This document shows positions 41,655 to 50,554 of a stretch of 64,000 nt of DNA, piece after piece. The notes below the pieces were generated by a model. It saw only the letters and a program-made list of their open reading frames with translations, did no database searches and was not told the DNA's origin. Made by a program: the position numbers and the translations under genes. Within the stretch, counting starts at the first letter, position 1. Each line of letters begins with the position of its first letter. The DNA is from Synechococcus sp. (GTDB taxonomy: Bacteria; Cyanobacteriota; Cyanobacteriia; PCC-6307; Cyanobiaceae), in the NCBI GenBank assembly GCA_047285535.1, contig JBJBDC010000001.1:2944136-3008135 (forward strand). Direction: 5' to 3'.

Positions 41655-43640
41655 TTGATCCTTTTGGGGTGTATGCCCTTCGCTCTTTGGCTGGTGCTGT
41701 TAATGCTCGTGACCCAGCTTGGGGCGGCTTTATCAACTGGGTATCAACACTGGTGTTTGTTTCTCTGCGGCCTTGCTGCTGCTGTTCTGCTGATCTCTCG
41801 GACGTTTTCAATCAGGCCTTGGAAGGTTGTTGGCCTCGTTGGCTTGTTGTGCTGTTTGTGGTTTCGCTCCGCAACAGGTCAGCAGGAGAGTCCTCGAAGA
41901 CTTGATCCACTGCATCTTGTGCCGACGACCGCAGGTCAGGAGCATCTTGTCCTTGAAGGTCGGGTTCTGGCCGATGCACCTGTTCGACAAGGCCGTTGTC
42001 AAGCTCTTGTGCAAGTGGATCGTATTGCTGGGCTTGATCGTGCCGGTCGCACTGAGGTGATTGTTGATCCCTGTGATCAGGCCTTGCGTGTTGGATCTTG
42101 GGTTAAGGCTGCAGGTCACCTGGTGATCCCGGCGGTGGCGTCCCATCCGCTTCTCCCCAATCCAGCGGAACGTCTTGCCGCACGAGGGAGTTGGACCCAG
42201 TTGCGTACGGAGCATGTGGAGCTTCTCCATCAAGATCGGACACCACTGGCCGATGCACGTCGACGCCTTGCTGCTCGATTTCATGGCATGGCCGGCGAGC
42301 CTCGAGGAGGCTTATTGGCGGCATTGGTTCTTGGGAGTGCTCAAGTTGAACTGAGCTCTGATTTGAGAGATGCCTTTCGATCGGCGGGTTTATCGCATGC
42401 TTTGGCCGCTTCGGGGTTTCATCTCTCTGTGCTGGTGGGAACCACGCTCGCGCTATTCCGCAGGCGCTTGAAGTCATTGCGAGGGTTTGCTGGGCTGGGA
42501 GCGATGGCTCTTTTTCTTGCCTTGGCGGGAGGGCAGCCATCTGTTGTGCGTGCTGTGTTGATGGGAGTAGCCGCCCTCTTGATTCGTGAAAGCGGCGGCC
42601 GTGCCAAACCATTGGGCGTGTTGCTCACCACGTTGGTTCTGATGTTGTTGGTGTCTCCAGCGTGGGCACGTTCCATCGGGTTTCAGCTCAGTGCTGCCGC
42701 TACGGCTGGTTTAGTGCTCAGTTCGCAGCCGTTCGAGAGTTGGCTGATGCAGCGTTGTGGTGGCCGCTGCGTGCGGTTGATCGCACCTGCTTTGTCGGTG
42801 TCTGGGGCAGCGTTGCTCTGGACCCTTCCTTTGCAGCTGGTTCATTTCGGTGCTCTGCCTCTTTATTCACTGGTCAGCAACCTGATTGCTGCCCCTCTGC
42901 TGGCACCGCTCACCCTCTCGGCAATGGCACTAGCGCTGTTGACGCTGCTTCTGCCAACCGCGATTGCTGATGCGGTCTTACCTGTTGTGTTTTGGCCGGT
43001 GAAGCAGTTGGCAACTCTTTTGATTGCTGTAGTGACTGGGATCAGTGAGTTGCCCCATGCCCAATTGCTCACGGGCCATCCTTCACCCTGGCTGGTGTTG
43101 TTCGTTGTTATTGCCCTGCTTCCGTGGCTCTTGTCTTCGCTGCAACACTGGCGTTGGCAGGTTTTTCCTCTATTCCTCCTGGCCACGTTGGGACAAGCCT
43201 TTGTTCAGCTCAGCGATGACGTTGTGTTAGTTGAGCAATGGGGGAGGCAGTGGTTGCTTGCTCGTCATCAAGGACGAGCAGCACTGATGAGCAGTCATGG
43301 GGATTTACTGAGTTGTCGTCTGGCTGAGCAACTTGGTCACGGTCATGGACATCGACGCCTGGACTGGGTGATGGTGATCGATCCTGTGGCGAGTGATGAC
43401 TTGAGTTGTTGGAGAACACTGGCTCATACTGTGAGGGCTGAGCATCAGGGTCAGCCTGCTTTGCTTCCAGGCCAACGCCTTGAAAGTCCTGGCTTGATGC
43501 TTCGTCCTTTAGGTGGCGATGATCGGCGCTGGCATTTGCGAGTGAATCGGCGGATCCATCGCTTCAAGCAATCAGACGGTGGAGCTTTACGATGGGATGA
43601 CGCTGGTGAAGCGTTTGGAGAGGTGGCAGAGCCAGGTTGA
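41655..43640 (+). CDS. comEC: ComEC/Rec2 competence protein
   Basis: GLSHALAASGFH, PSVVRAVLM, SIGFQLSAAAT, SNLIAAP. Confidence 0.92.
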   Translation: MILLGCMPFALWLVLLMLVTQLGAALSTGYQHWCLFLCGLAAAVLLISRTFSIRPWKVVGLVGLLCCLWFRSATGQQESPRRLDPLHLVPTTAGQEHLVLEGRVLADAPVRQGRCQALVQVDRIAGLDRAGRTEVIVDPCDQALRVGSWVKAAGHLVIPAVASHPLLPNPAERLAARGSWTQLRTEHVELLHQDRTPLADARRRLAARFHGMAGEPRGGLLAALVLGSAQVELSSDLRDAFRSAGLSHALAASGFHLSVLVGTTLALFRRRLKSLRGFAGLGAMALFLALAGGQPSVVRAVLMGVAALLIRESGGRAKPLGVLLTTLVLMLLVSPAWARSIGFQLSAAATAGLVLSSQPFESWLMQRCGGRCVRLIAPALSVSGAALLWTLPLQLVHFGALPLYSLVSNLIAAPLLAPLTLSAMALALLTLLLPTAIADAVLPVVFWPVKQLATLLIAVVTGISELPHAQLLTGHPSPWLVLFVVIALLPWLLSSLQHWRWQVFPLFLLATLGQAFVQLSDDVVLVEQWGRQWLLARHQGRAALMSSHGDLLSCRLAEQLGHGHGHRRLDWVMVIDPVASDDLSCWRTLAHTVRAEHQGQPALLPGQRLESPGLMLRPLGGDDRRWHLRVNRRIHRFKQSDGGALRWDDAGEAFGEVAEPG

Positions 43641-43703
43641 ATGCGCACGACTCGAAATCGTGTAGGGGTAACACCCTCGTGGGTTCGAATCCCACCCTCT
43701 CCG
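43617..43703 (+). tRNA. tRNA-Ser(CGA)
   Basis: GGAGAGG acceptor/CCTCTCC, anticodon arm CACGA-CTCGAAA-TCGTG, long variable arm, GGTTCGAATCC T-arm. Confidence 0.97.
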
Positions 43704-44312
43704 TTTAAATTTGTTTAGGGCCACCAGTCCCCTTGCTCGACTGCTGCGCAATTGATCAAGGAGAATCAAAAGAGCGTCATCGTTAGCTGTAAATCGTCGC
43801 CTTTCTGGCTTTTGATTTTAGGACAATCGTTGTGATTTCAGAAAAAATGGTCAAAGTTGTTCGCTCAGGTGAGTGACGGCAGAATATTGACTGTTACCTT
43901 CTCAGTTTCCCTAAGTGTTATCAGTTTTGTTGAAAAGAAATACCATATCTTTTCGGCAGAATCCTCAACTCTAAGTTTGCTAACATCTAGTGCATATTCC
44001 ACTTCAAACTTGATCAAGTCATGTTTATCAAAAAACATCCTTTCGCTCGATGAATCATCACAGATTCAAGGATTCAGTGATTGCGATGCACTATGTCATT
44101 GATGTCAATAGAACTCAAAGCACAATCATTAGATCGTTAAATAAACGACAACAACCAACCCAAAACATTGGTCAGGCATGGTCTTGATACAGGGGTTTTA
44201 AATTCCCAGACATTAGTGTAGGTTGCTCGGTGATTATGATTATCATTGACGAGGAATGAGGCCATGTGGATTGGACGCATCCTTCTGCTAGGAGTTGGAT
44301 CCTCATACATTG

Positions 44313-44336
44313 CAGGCTGGTTCATGAACCAGCCTG
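44313..44336. repeat. Perfect 24-bp palindrome (hairpin/terminator or operator)
   Basis: CAGGCTGGTTCATGAACCAGCCTG is its own reverse complement. Confidence 0.8.
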
Positions 44337-44662
44337 ATCATCGCAACTATGTTGCCAGATGGATGAAGGCTTTACGCAAAACAACTGGATGGCTACCACG
44401 AGGAAAGCATAGGGTCCGAAGATTTGGCATCAAGACTTTTAGGGCTACATTAAGGAAAGCAAAAACCAATACTATCAATGGCGAATCGAATCTTTTTTCA
44501 ACCAGAACCACTGACTTTCTGAGCTCTGATCCTACAACAACCAGGACTTGATCAACCCTGGCTCATTCAACACCCAACGCAATGGGTATCGTTTCTCCTG
44601 ACAATGAAATCAAGATCTTGCAATTCAGAACATTGAATGACTCAACCAATCTGCGCAACAAT

Positions 44663-45571
44663 TCATTCAACCAACCCACGTGGATTTGATTTGGGAATAG
44701 TAATCTGAACTTGAGCTCGGATTGTCCAATCCCCTAGAAGACTTTCCCCACCATCAAATTCGGGCTTAATGGCATTATAAAAGCCTTCAAGTGAAATCAA
44801 AGCCTGAGATTTGTTTGATAGATTTATCGTGCGTCCAATACCACCACCAATGGGAAGATTCCAAGCTTGGGATAAATTAAAATCAGCGCTGATAATTGGC
44901 GAGCTGATAAGATACCAATTCTTATCTAGTTGATATCGAAGGATTGGCTGCACAACAAAATTATTGATGTCTTCAAGATTAGAGCGATTGTTAACACCCC
45001 AGATTTGACGTGCTCGTAATCCTGCAGTCCAACGTCCCAATCGCTGAAAGGCCATGAATGCTGGACCAACACCGAACTGATTACTACCAACATCGTTATC
45101 AATCGAAACCGCAAATGAAGGACCAATACCAATGGCTGAAGATTGACCAGTATTGGGAACAAAGAAAAAGCTGGGATTTATAGAATCAAGACCAGATTGA
45201 TTTTTTTCATCAAAGCCTACAAGTCCGGGCTGAGCCGTAATTGGATTCAAGCCAAAAACGGGATCAGCGCTTGGCTTATTCACAAAGCGCATCACAGTAC
45301 GGGTCACCAGAGTCCAATCGTCAGAAAGCTGAAAAGGTATGACAGGCTGAAACTTCACAACTTGCAAAGACTTATTTGGCTTTGCATGCCTATCAATCAC
45401 ACGTGGAGCCCACTGTGTATTAGGAATCGTGTTCCACTCAAACCACAACCGTTTTACTTGAGTGAAAGGGTTGCCTTGCAGAGATTGGGATTGTGCAGGT
45501 AAAATGCAGAAGAAACTTACAAAAAGAGTGCTAATCAGAGCTCTAAACTCTTGTTTAAAAGAATTTTTCAT
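44663..45571 (-). CDS. Putative outer-membrane beta-barrel protein (family often mis-annotated 'neuromedin U')
   Basis: Signal peptide (LPAQS), FQPVIPFQLSDDW, alternating strands, WNLPIGGGIG, terminal WTIRAQVQITIP. Confidence 0.75.
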   Translation of the reverse strand: MKNSFKQEFRALISTLFVSFFCILPAQSQSLQGNPFTQVKRLWFEWNTIPNTQWAPRVIDRHAKPNKSLQVVKFQPVIPFQLSDDWTLVTRTVMRFVNKPSADPVFGLNPITAQPGLVGFDEKNQSGLDSINPSFFFVPNTGQSSAIGIGPSFAVSIDNDVGSNQFGVGPAFMAFQRLGRWTAGLRARQIWGVNNRSNLEDINNFVVQPILRYQLDKNWYLISSPIISADFNLSQAWNLPIGGGIGRTINLSNKSQALISLEGFYNAIKPEFDGGESLLGDWTIRAQVQITIPKSNPRGLVE

Positions 45572-46538
45572 TTGCACGTCTTGAAGCGAGAGTTTGGCGA
45601 GGAGTTTCCAAAAAATGTTGTTTATAACATCGAGCAAAGTGAGAACGGCCCACAAAGCCGAAATGAGTAGCAATATCAACGACGCCGTCAAGATTATTTT
45701 CTATACAGAATTCGGTATTAAGCAGTGCATGCCTAACTTGATGCAAACGTACAGACCTCACTACCTCGATAGGAGACATTCCAAATTTTTCCTTGCATCC
45801 ACTAAAGAGAGATGTTCTAGATTGATGGAGCAATAAAGATATGTCTTGGATTTCGAATGGTTTTCGAGGCGAATAATTTGTCATTGATACAATTTTCATA
45901 GCGGCCGCGTGCCGATCTTTTCTGTTGAGCACAGTCCCAAGCTTTCTACTGTGATTATCCTCAAAACATTCAAGCAAAATGGATACAACATTATCTTCAA
46001 TCTGTTGCTCTGTAAATGAATCTACCAAAGGATCTGAAGAAAAAAGAGCTTTAAGTATTGGCGAAAGCTTTGCGGAAACAAGTTCGCTTGAAAAGATGTT
46101 GTAATCATTAAAAAAATCTGTCAAGCCTGAACATTTGTACAGATGCAAAACAGACTTCAGATGGTCCACTGGAATCACCACAGAACACAAACACGAGTTG
46201 GCATTCATATGCAGATCAAGATCTTTCAAACACGAATTAAATCCAAATATTGCTGGTCGTGAAATACTTACACCCTGCGCAATAATCTTCGATGCACTCA
46301 CCTCAGAGCAAAGATCAACTGTGAAAGTTAGTCGATCTGGTGATCGATTGGCGTAAATTGCAATCTCCTTATTGCATTGAATGAGGGAAATACGAAGATT
46401 CGGCAAAGGCAGGACCTGAACCAATCCATGAATTGGACCTATTTCCAAAGGCAAAACGCAAGCATCTCGGAATTGCCGATTCAGGATCGAAGCAAAATCA
46501 ACAGTGCTATTGATGCAGAACGAAAGAGGCTTCAACAC
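45555..46538 (-). CDS. AraC-family transcriptional regulator (EutR-like)
   Basis: C-terminal SRTSLFSGCKEKFGMSP...IATHFGFVGRSHFARCYKQHFLETPRQT double HTH. Confidence 0.92.
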   Translation of the reverse strand: MLKPLSFCINSTVDFASILNRQFRDACVLPLEIGPIHGLVQVLPLPNLRISLIQCNKEIAIYANRSPDRLTFTVDLCSEVSASKIIAQGVSISRPAIFGFNSCLKDLDLHMNANSCLCSVVIPVDHLKSVLHLYKCSGLTDFFNDYNIFSSELVSAKLSPILKALFSSDPLVDSFTEQQIEDNVVSILLECFEDNHSRKLGTVLNRKDRHAAAMKIVSMTNYSPRKPFEIQDISLLLHQSRTSLFSGCKEKFGMSPIEVVRSVRLHQVRHALLNTEFCIENNLDGVVDIATHFGFVGRSHFARCYKQHFLETPRQTLASRRANEKFF

Positions 46539-46829
46539 CTTCTCAAGGTGTAGTGGTCGTAATCATCACTAGCGCATGAAAGAAGAGGCTTACTTGTCAC
46601 TGAGCCAATCGGATGACAAATTCTACATTTGGTTTGACACTCTTCACAGCGAAAAGGTCTTGAAGTGATGTTGACAAACCACCTCTGAGGTGGATGGTTG
46701 TTTCGACGCAAAACGTTAACACATGCAAAAGAGCAAGCTATGTGATTTTTTATACAGTTTTGAGCGGGTGAGCTGCTCATCATCCGCTTCGATCAAGCAA
46801 GTTCTTCAGCAGACCACGGGGATCAAGCT

Positions 46830-47360
46830 TTATTTGTTGAATAATACTTTCCGGACATCCTTGAGCAACGACGAGAGATCTTCGTCAGATAATAGACCTG
46901 CTTGATGAAGCGTTGTGGCTAATTCGATTTTTTTGTTTGCAATAGACAATTCATAAGCTTTGTCACAATTACGAGCATTTCTAGTGTGCAGAGGAATGGT
47001 AATTGCAGCTCCAAAGGCATAACCACCTCCCAAGCCTGAAAAATTTTTACCTATTACTGAATTTTGAATCACTTCGTCTTTGCGCTCAGAAGAACCACCA
47101 TAAAGATTAAAAGTCGCTGGAGTCCCATCATGACTGGAACATCGAGTCCCATCAGGAAGGTCAACCTCAAATCGTGCGCCTTGTAAATTTTGGATTGTCA
47201 ATCCTGTCAAATCTCCCAAGGGTAATTCGTCTATCGGAGAAAATTCCACCTGCGCTTGCGCAGAATGCGTTGATAACAAGAACGCGTTAGCACAGTTAAT
47301 TGTGAGCCAGAGGATGAGGCAGAATTTTTTGGCGTGCCTTTTTCGCGGATGCAAATCCAT
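46830..47360 (-). CDS. Secreted hypothetical protein with beta-hairpin and C-terminal helices (TolC-repeat-like)
   Basis: AQA|Q signal cleavage; strands TFNLYGG and GYAFGAAITIPL; Cys pair; helix ending HQAGLLSDEDL. Confidence 0.7.
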   Translation of the reverse strand: MDLHPRKRHAKKFCLILWLTINCANAFLLSTHSAQAQVEFSPIDELPLGDLTGLTIQNLQGARFEVDLPDGTRCSSHDGTPATFNLYGGSSERKDEVIQNSVIGKNFSGLGGGYAFGAAITIPLHTRNARNCDKAYELSIANKKIELATTLHQAGLLSDEDLSSLLKDVRKVLFNK

Positions 47361-47644
47361 AATGGACCAGGTTTGAGAGAGGATGTAGGAATACTCAGCA
47401 GAACTCGCCTTGCTCGATTATCACGTAAGAAAAGTTTGGGCGGACTCACGCGTACATCTTGAATTTTCTCGCCGGGGGTATCTCTCTCTGAATTTTTAAA
47501 TGCATCAACAAGGTATTCACCTGGTTTTGAGTCCACTAAAAATGCCTGAGTACGAACAACAACCCGAGAGCCCAAGCCCGGGGTGATCACTTTATTGTTA
47601 GGGGTGAGCCCTAATGCCGCTGCAAAAAAGAGAGATGAAAGCAT
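47231..47644 (-). CDS. Small fimbrial-chaperone-like (PapD_N-like) protein
   Basis: LGLTP start of mature part; DVRVSPPKLFLRDNRARRVLLSI resembles the PapD/CsuC VSPP..L..G..Q.VR motif; LWIC...RSC Cys pair. Confidence 0.6.
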   Translation of the reverse strand: MLSSLFFAAALGLTPNNKVITPGLGSRVVVRTQAFLVDSKPGEYLVDAFKNSERDTPGEKIQDVRVSPPKLFLRDNRARRVLLSIPTSSLKPGPLWICIREKGTPKNSASSSGSQLTVLTRSCYQRILRKRRWNFLR

Positions 47645-47759
47645 TGATTGACAAGTATTTGGTAAAGGATTTATAGCGTGGGATCTCCGCGAATAGTCAA
47701 AATAAGCAGTGAAAGCTTTGCTTTGGCCTCGACAAGTTGATTCACTATTTGTTTCATGA

Positions 47760-48317
47760 CTACGAACCCAAGCTTGTCAGTACTACGTCAAATTGATATC
47801 CTACAAACGGATAAAAATTTTTCACGTTCGCTGAGACAGTCAGAGTGATGTCGTTTTGTTGCCCCACAGTGTAACTATGTGCGATCAACTTGGAACTTGG
47901 GATAGACATAGTCACATCAGGATCCTTAGTCAGCTGGTTCGATGTGACATACTGAATGTATTGATTGGTTGCCATAGAACGGACCCAGACCCCTCGAAAG
48001 CTCGCAGGATGAGGTTGTAGCACAGATTGAAGTCTTACATCTAATCGTGGGACCTTATTCGATTCAATCGATATCGGCTCAGATGTACCCATCATTCGCC
48101 CAGTTCCTCCGCTTCCACGGTGATCGTTATTGCGTGTATATGACATTTCTACATTATTGTCACAGTCACCTGTATATGAGCATGTAAACGGAACAGTGCC
48201 CGAAAATGTCGTTGTATTTTCTGCAGCTAAACCAATCTTGATCTCAAAGCACATCAGCAACAGCATTAGCAGTGTAATGCCCGTGTTTGGGGGTGAATTT
48301 GGGCTCCACGCTGTCAA
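47760..48317 (-). CDS. Fimbrial subunit-like protein (minor), paralog of 48544-49020
   Basis: Signal peptide then NTTTFSGTVPFTCSY; SEPISI; C-terminal GYQFDVVLTS. Confidence 0.7.
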   Translation of the reverse strand: MTAWSPNSPPNTGITLLMLLLMCFEIKIGLAAENTTTFSGTVPFTCSYTGDCDNNVEMSYTRNNDHRGSGGTGRMMGTSEPISIESNKVPRLDVRLQSVLQPHPASFRGVWVRSMATNQYIQYVTSNQLTKDPDVTMSIPSSKLIAHSYTVGQQNDITLTVSANVKNFYPFVGYQFDVVLTSLGS

Positions 48318-48490
48318 ATGTTCATAAGGGATGGACTCTTGCTGATGAACCTCGATCGGCTTGAGACTATAACTTGTTAACTTCTTGAAAAGCCAATAAA
48401 GAAGTTGTGTTGACCGGGTTGTTGGTTATTAGCTGTTTAATATGATCGAAATTGAGAGTCTTTGCTAAAAAATATAGGAATGATCCTGAG

Positions 48491-48541
48491 GAAAGCCACC
48501 CATTAACGATAAAATTTATTTATCGTTAATGGGTGGCTTTC
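48491..48541 (-). terminator. 23-bp perfect inverted repeat just after the major subunit gene
   Basis: GAAAGCCACCCATTAACGATAAA-ATTTA-TTTATCGTTAATGGGTGGCTTTC, begins 2 nt after the stop. Confidence 0.8.
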
Positions 48542-48543
48542 AA

Positions 48544-49020
48544 TTATGAGAAAGTAGTTGTAAGTACAACTTCGTACGAATAATTTCCGGGAATACTTGC
48601 ATCTCCAACATCTAGTGTAATAGTGACAGCGTTTGTTCCACCAGAATTGCTAAGATCTACTGTTTCTGATTCTTCTGAACCACTTTCGGTAAGTATTTGA
48701 CCAGCACTATTTTTCAAGGTTGCTAAGTTGGTCGTGGTCGTTGGATTTGAAGTTCCTGGAGTCACTGCACTCAAAGATACGTCGGCTCCTGTGTTGCAAC
48801 TAATCGAAATAGGTTGAGATACACCATTGAAACTGCCGTTGAAAGCAGCGTTGTAATCCATAGGCACAGTTTGGCTCGATCCACCTGAATAGCTGCAAGT
48901 TCCAGGAACTGTTCCTACAAATGTGGTCGTGTCATTGATCGTTGCTGCGAGAGCGGCCGCGGGAAGGAGGCCAAGTCCAATGGCTTGGATTGCCGCGATG
49001 GAAATACGTTGGAGATTCAT
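48544..49020 (-). CDS. Fimbrial subunit-like protein (major; Csu/spore-coat-U-like)
   Basis: Sec signal (AALA|A), TTTFVGTVPGTCSY...ISISCN Cys pair, C-terminal PGNYSYEVVLTTTF; S/T/G/N-rich. Confidence 0.75.
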   Translation of the reverse strand: MNLQRISIAAIQAIGLGLLPAAALAATINDTTTFVGTVPGTCSYSGGSSQTVPMDYNAAFNGSFNGVSQPISISCNTGADVSLSAVTPGTSNPTTTTNLATLKNSAGQILTESGSEESETVDLSNSGGTNAVTITLDVGDASIPGNYSYEVVLTTTFS

Positions 49021-50135
49021 TAAATGAGTCCTGTTGCTTCACCAGTTTGGCTTTCTGAGAATCTCCTGAGTGACTTTGTGGCCATTCCCTCCTTTGGTAA
49101 GCCATAGCAGCAACCGCAGGGCCTTTCTTCCTAAACAAATAGGTTCAAAGGTTTGAACATTTGGGCTCATTGGTTTGGTCTGGTTAAGGGCTGAAGCGGG
49201 AGAGCAAGGACTGGTGTCTCCTGGATGCCCAAAAAAGGGGGGCAGGATTTGTGCTGAGTCGGGTGCCACGCTTCAAGAACCTGAACCCGAACCAGTGCTG
49301 ACAGGTGACCTGTTCATCCATTTCTTGTTTGATCCAGTGGAGGCGACGCGTTGATGCCAAGGCACAACACCCCTGCACTCTGTTTCCTTGGCTCCCAGGG
49401 GTGCATGATCTGGTTTGGGTGATGTCATCAACCCCTGCCGATAAATGAAGGCAGGAACGTTCCCCAAGCAGATCTCATTTGGTGCTAACACCGTCGTCTG
49501 GCTGGACGCGGCTATCACCGGTTGGATGGAAGGCCAGATAGCCAGGCGATGAGCGCGTAGGAAGAGCACTCTTCGGTGCTCTTCCTTTTTTGTGCCTGCC
49601 TGAAATCGTCCAGGGCATTGCCCTTCGTGAATTGGACGAAGGGGGCACCCGTACTCCTGATGGCGGTTGTCCCCGTATTCAGATCCCTGGTCTTGTCCGA
49701 AGGTGGGATTGTTGAGCAGTTCATGAGGGCATGGGACCTTTGGGGTTGAGCACCCAAGGGTCTTTTTCTTTCAGATGCTTTGTTCTGACTGCTGTGTCAG
49801 GGGGGCATTGCACTCGTCACGACATCCTCAGTACTGCAGGGGGCTCAAAACGATCTGGAACTAACGCTCAGACCGTCGCCTGCTCATTTCAAGTGAAATC
49901 GATTGATATCTTCTCCCTTTTTCTATAGGTGATTGGTTGGGTTGAGTTGCTATTGCTGATTGAATTTAAAGTGCTTTTTGCTTTTAAGTACTTCTGGTTG
50001 ATGATGGTGCTGAGGCATAAGTGTCTTATTGTCTTGCTTATTTCTTTTTGAGAACTCTTTGCTTTTTGTTGATGTGTTTTGTATTGATTTGAGGAGTGTC
50101 GCGCGCCGTAGTAAGGAATGTTTTTCCCTTATGCA

Positions 50136-50393
50136 TTAAGAATGAAAGAGGAGTACTAAGCCTTCTTTGACTTGATGAAATTCTCTCTCTTCCCTGCTTA
50201 AATCCAGCCCCACCTCCAGACCTTCTTTGATGGCTTCTTCAAATGGTGGAGTCGTGGGTGAGGACTCTGCTTGCCATAACGCAGCGATTCCGATTGAGGT
50301 GGCGTGCCATCTGAAGTTTCCTGTTGCTCCAATTGAGGGCTCTTGTAGGGCCTCTTCGAGCATGGTGCTGATGGGAGTATGAGTTAAAGCCAT
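50136..50393 (-). CDS. Conserved picocyanobacterial hypothetical protein
   Basis: FRWHATSIGIAALW...GLEVGLDLSREEREFHQ. Confidence 0.7.
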   Translation of the reverse strand: MALTHTPISTMLEEALQEPSIGATGNFRWHATSIGIAALWQAESSPTTPPFEEAIKEGLEVGLDLSREEREFHQVKEGLVLLFHS

Positions 50394-50554
50394 GCCCTAG
50401 CTTCGGAATTCTTTCCTCTTGATGCAATTGGCTGAGAGACTTCTTGATCTGTTCTTGTCAGCAAATGCTGTTTCTGGCTTGGAGATGTTTGGAGTGGTCG
50501 TACGGCAGCCAGCTGTTTTCCCTGTGCCGTTGGGGTCACTGGACCCATTAATCT

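Noticed and set aside
44663..45571. Beta-barrel gene as the missing usher
   Set aside because: About 300 aa versus about 800 aa for ushers; no plug or N/C-terminal periplasmic domains are evident
43704..50135. Prophage or integrative element at tRNA-Ser
   Set aside because: No integrase, transposase or phage genes, and no att direct repeat found by eye
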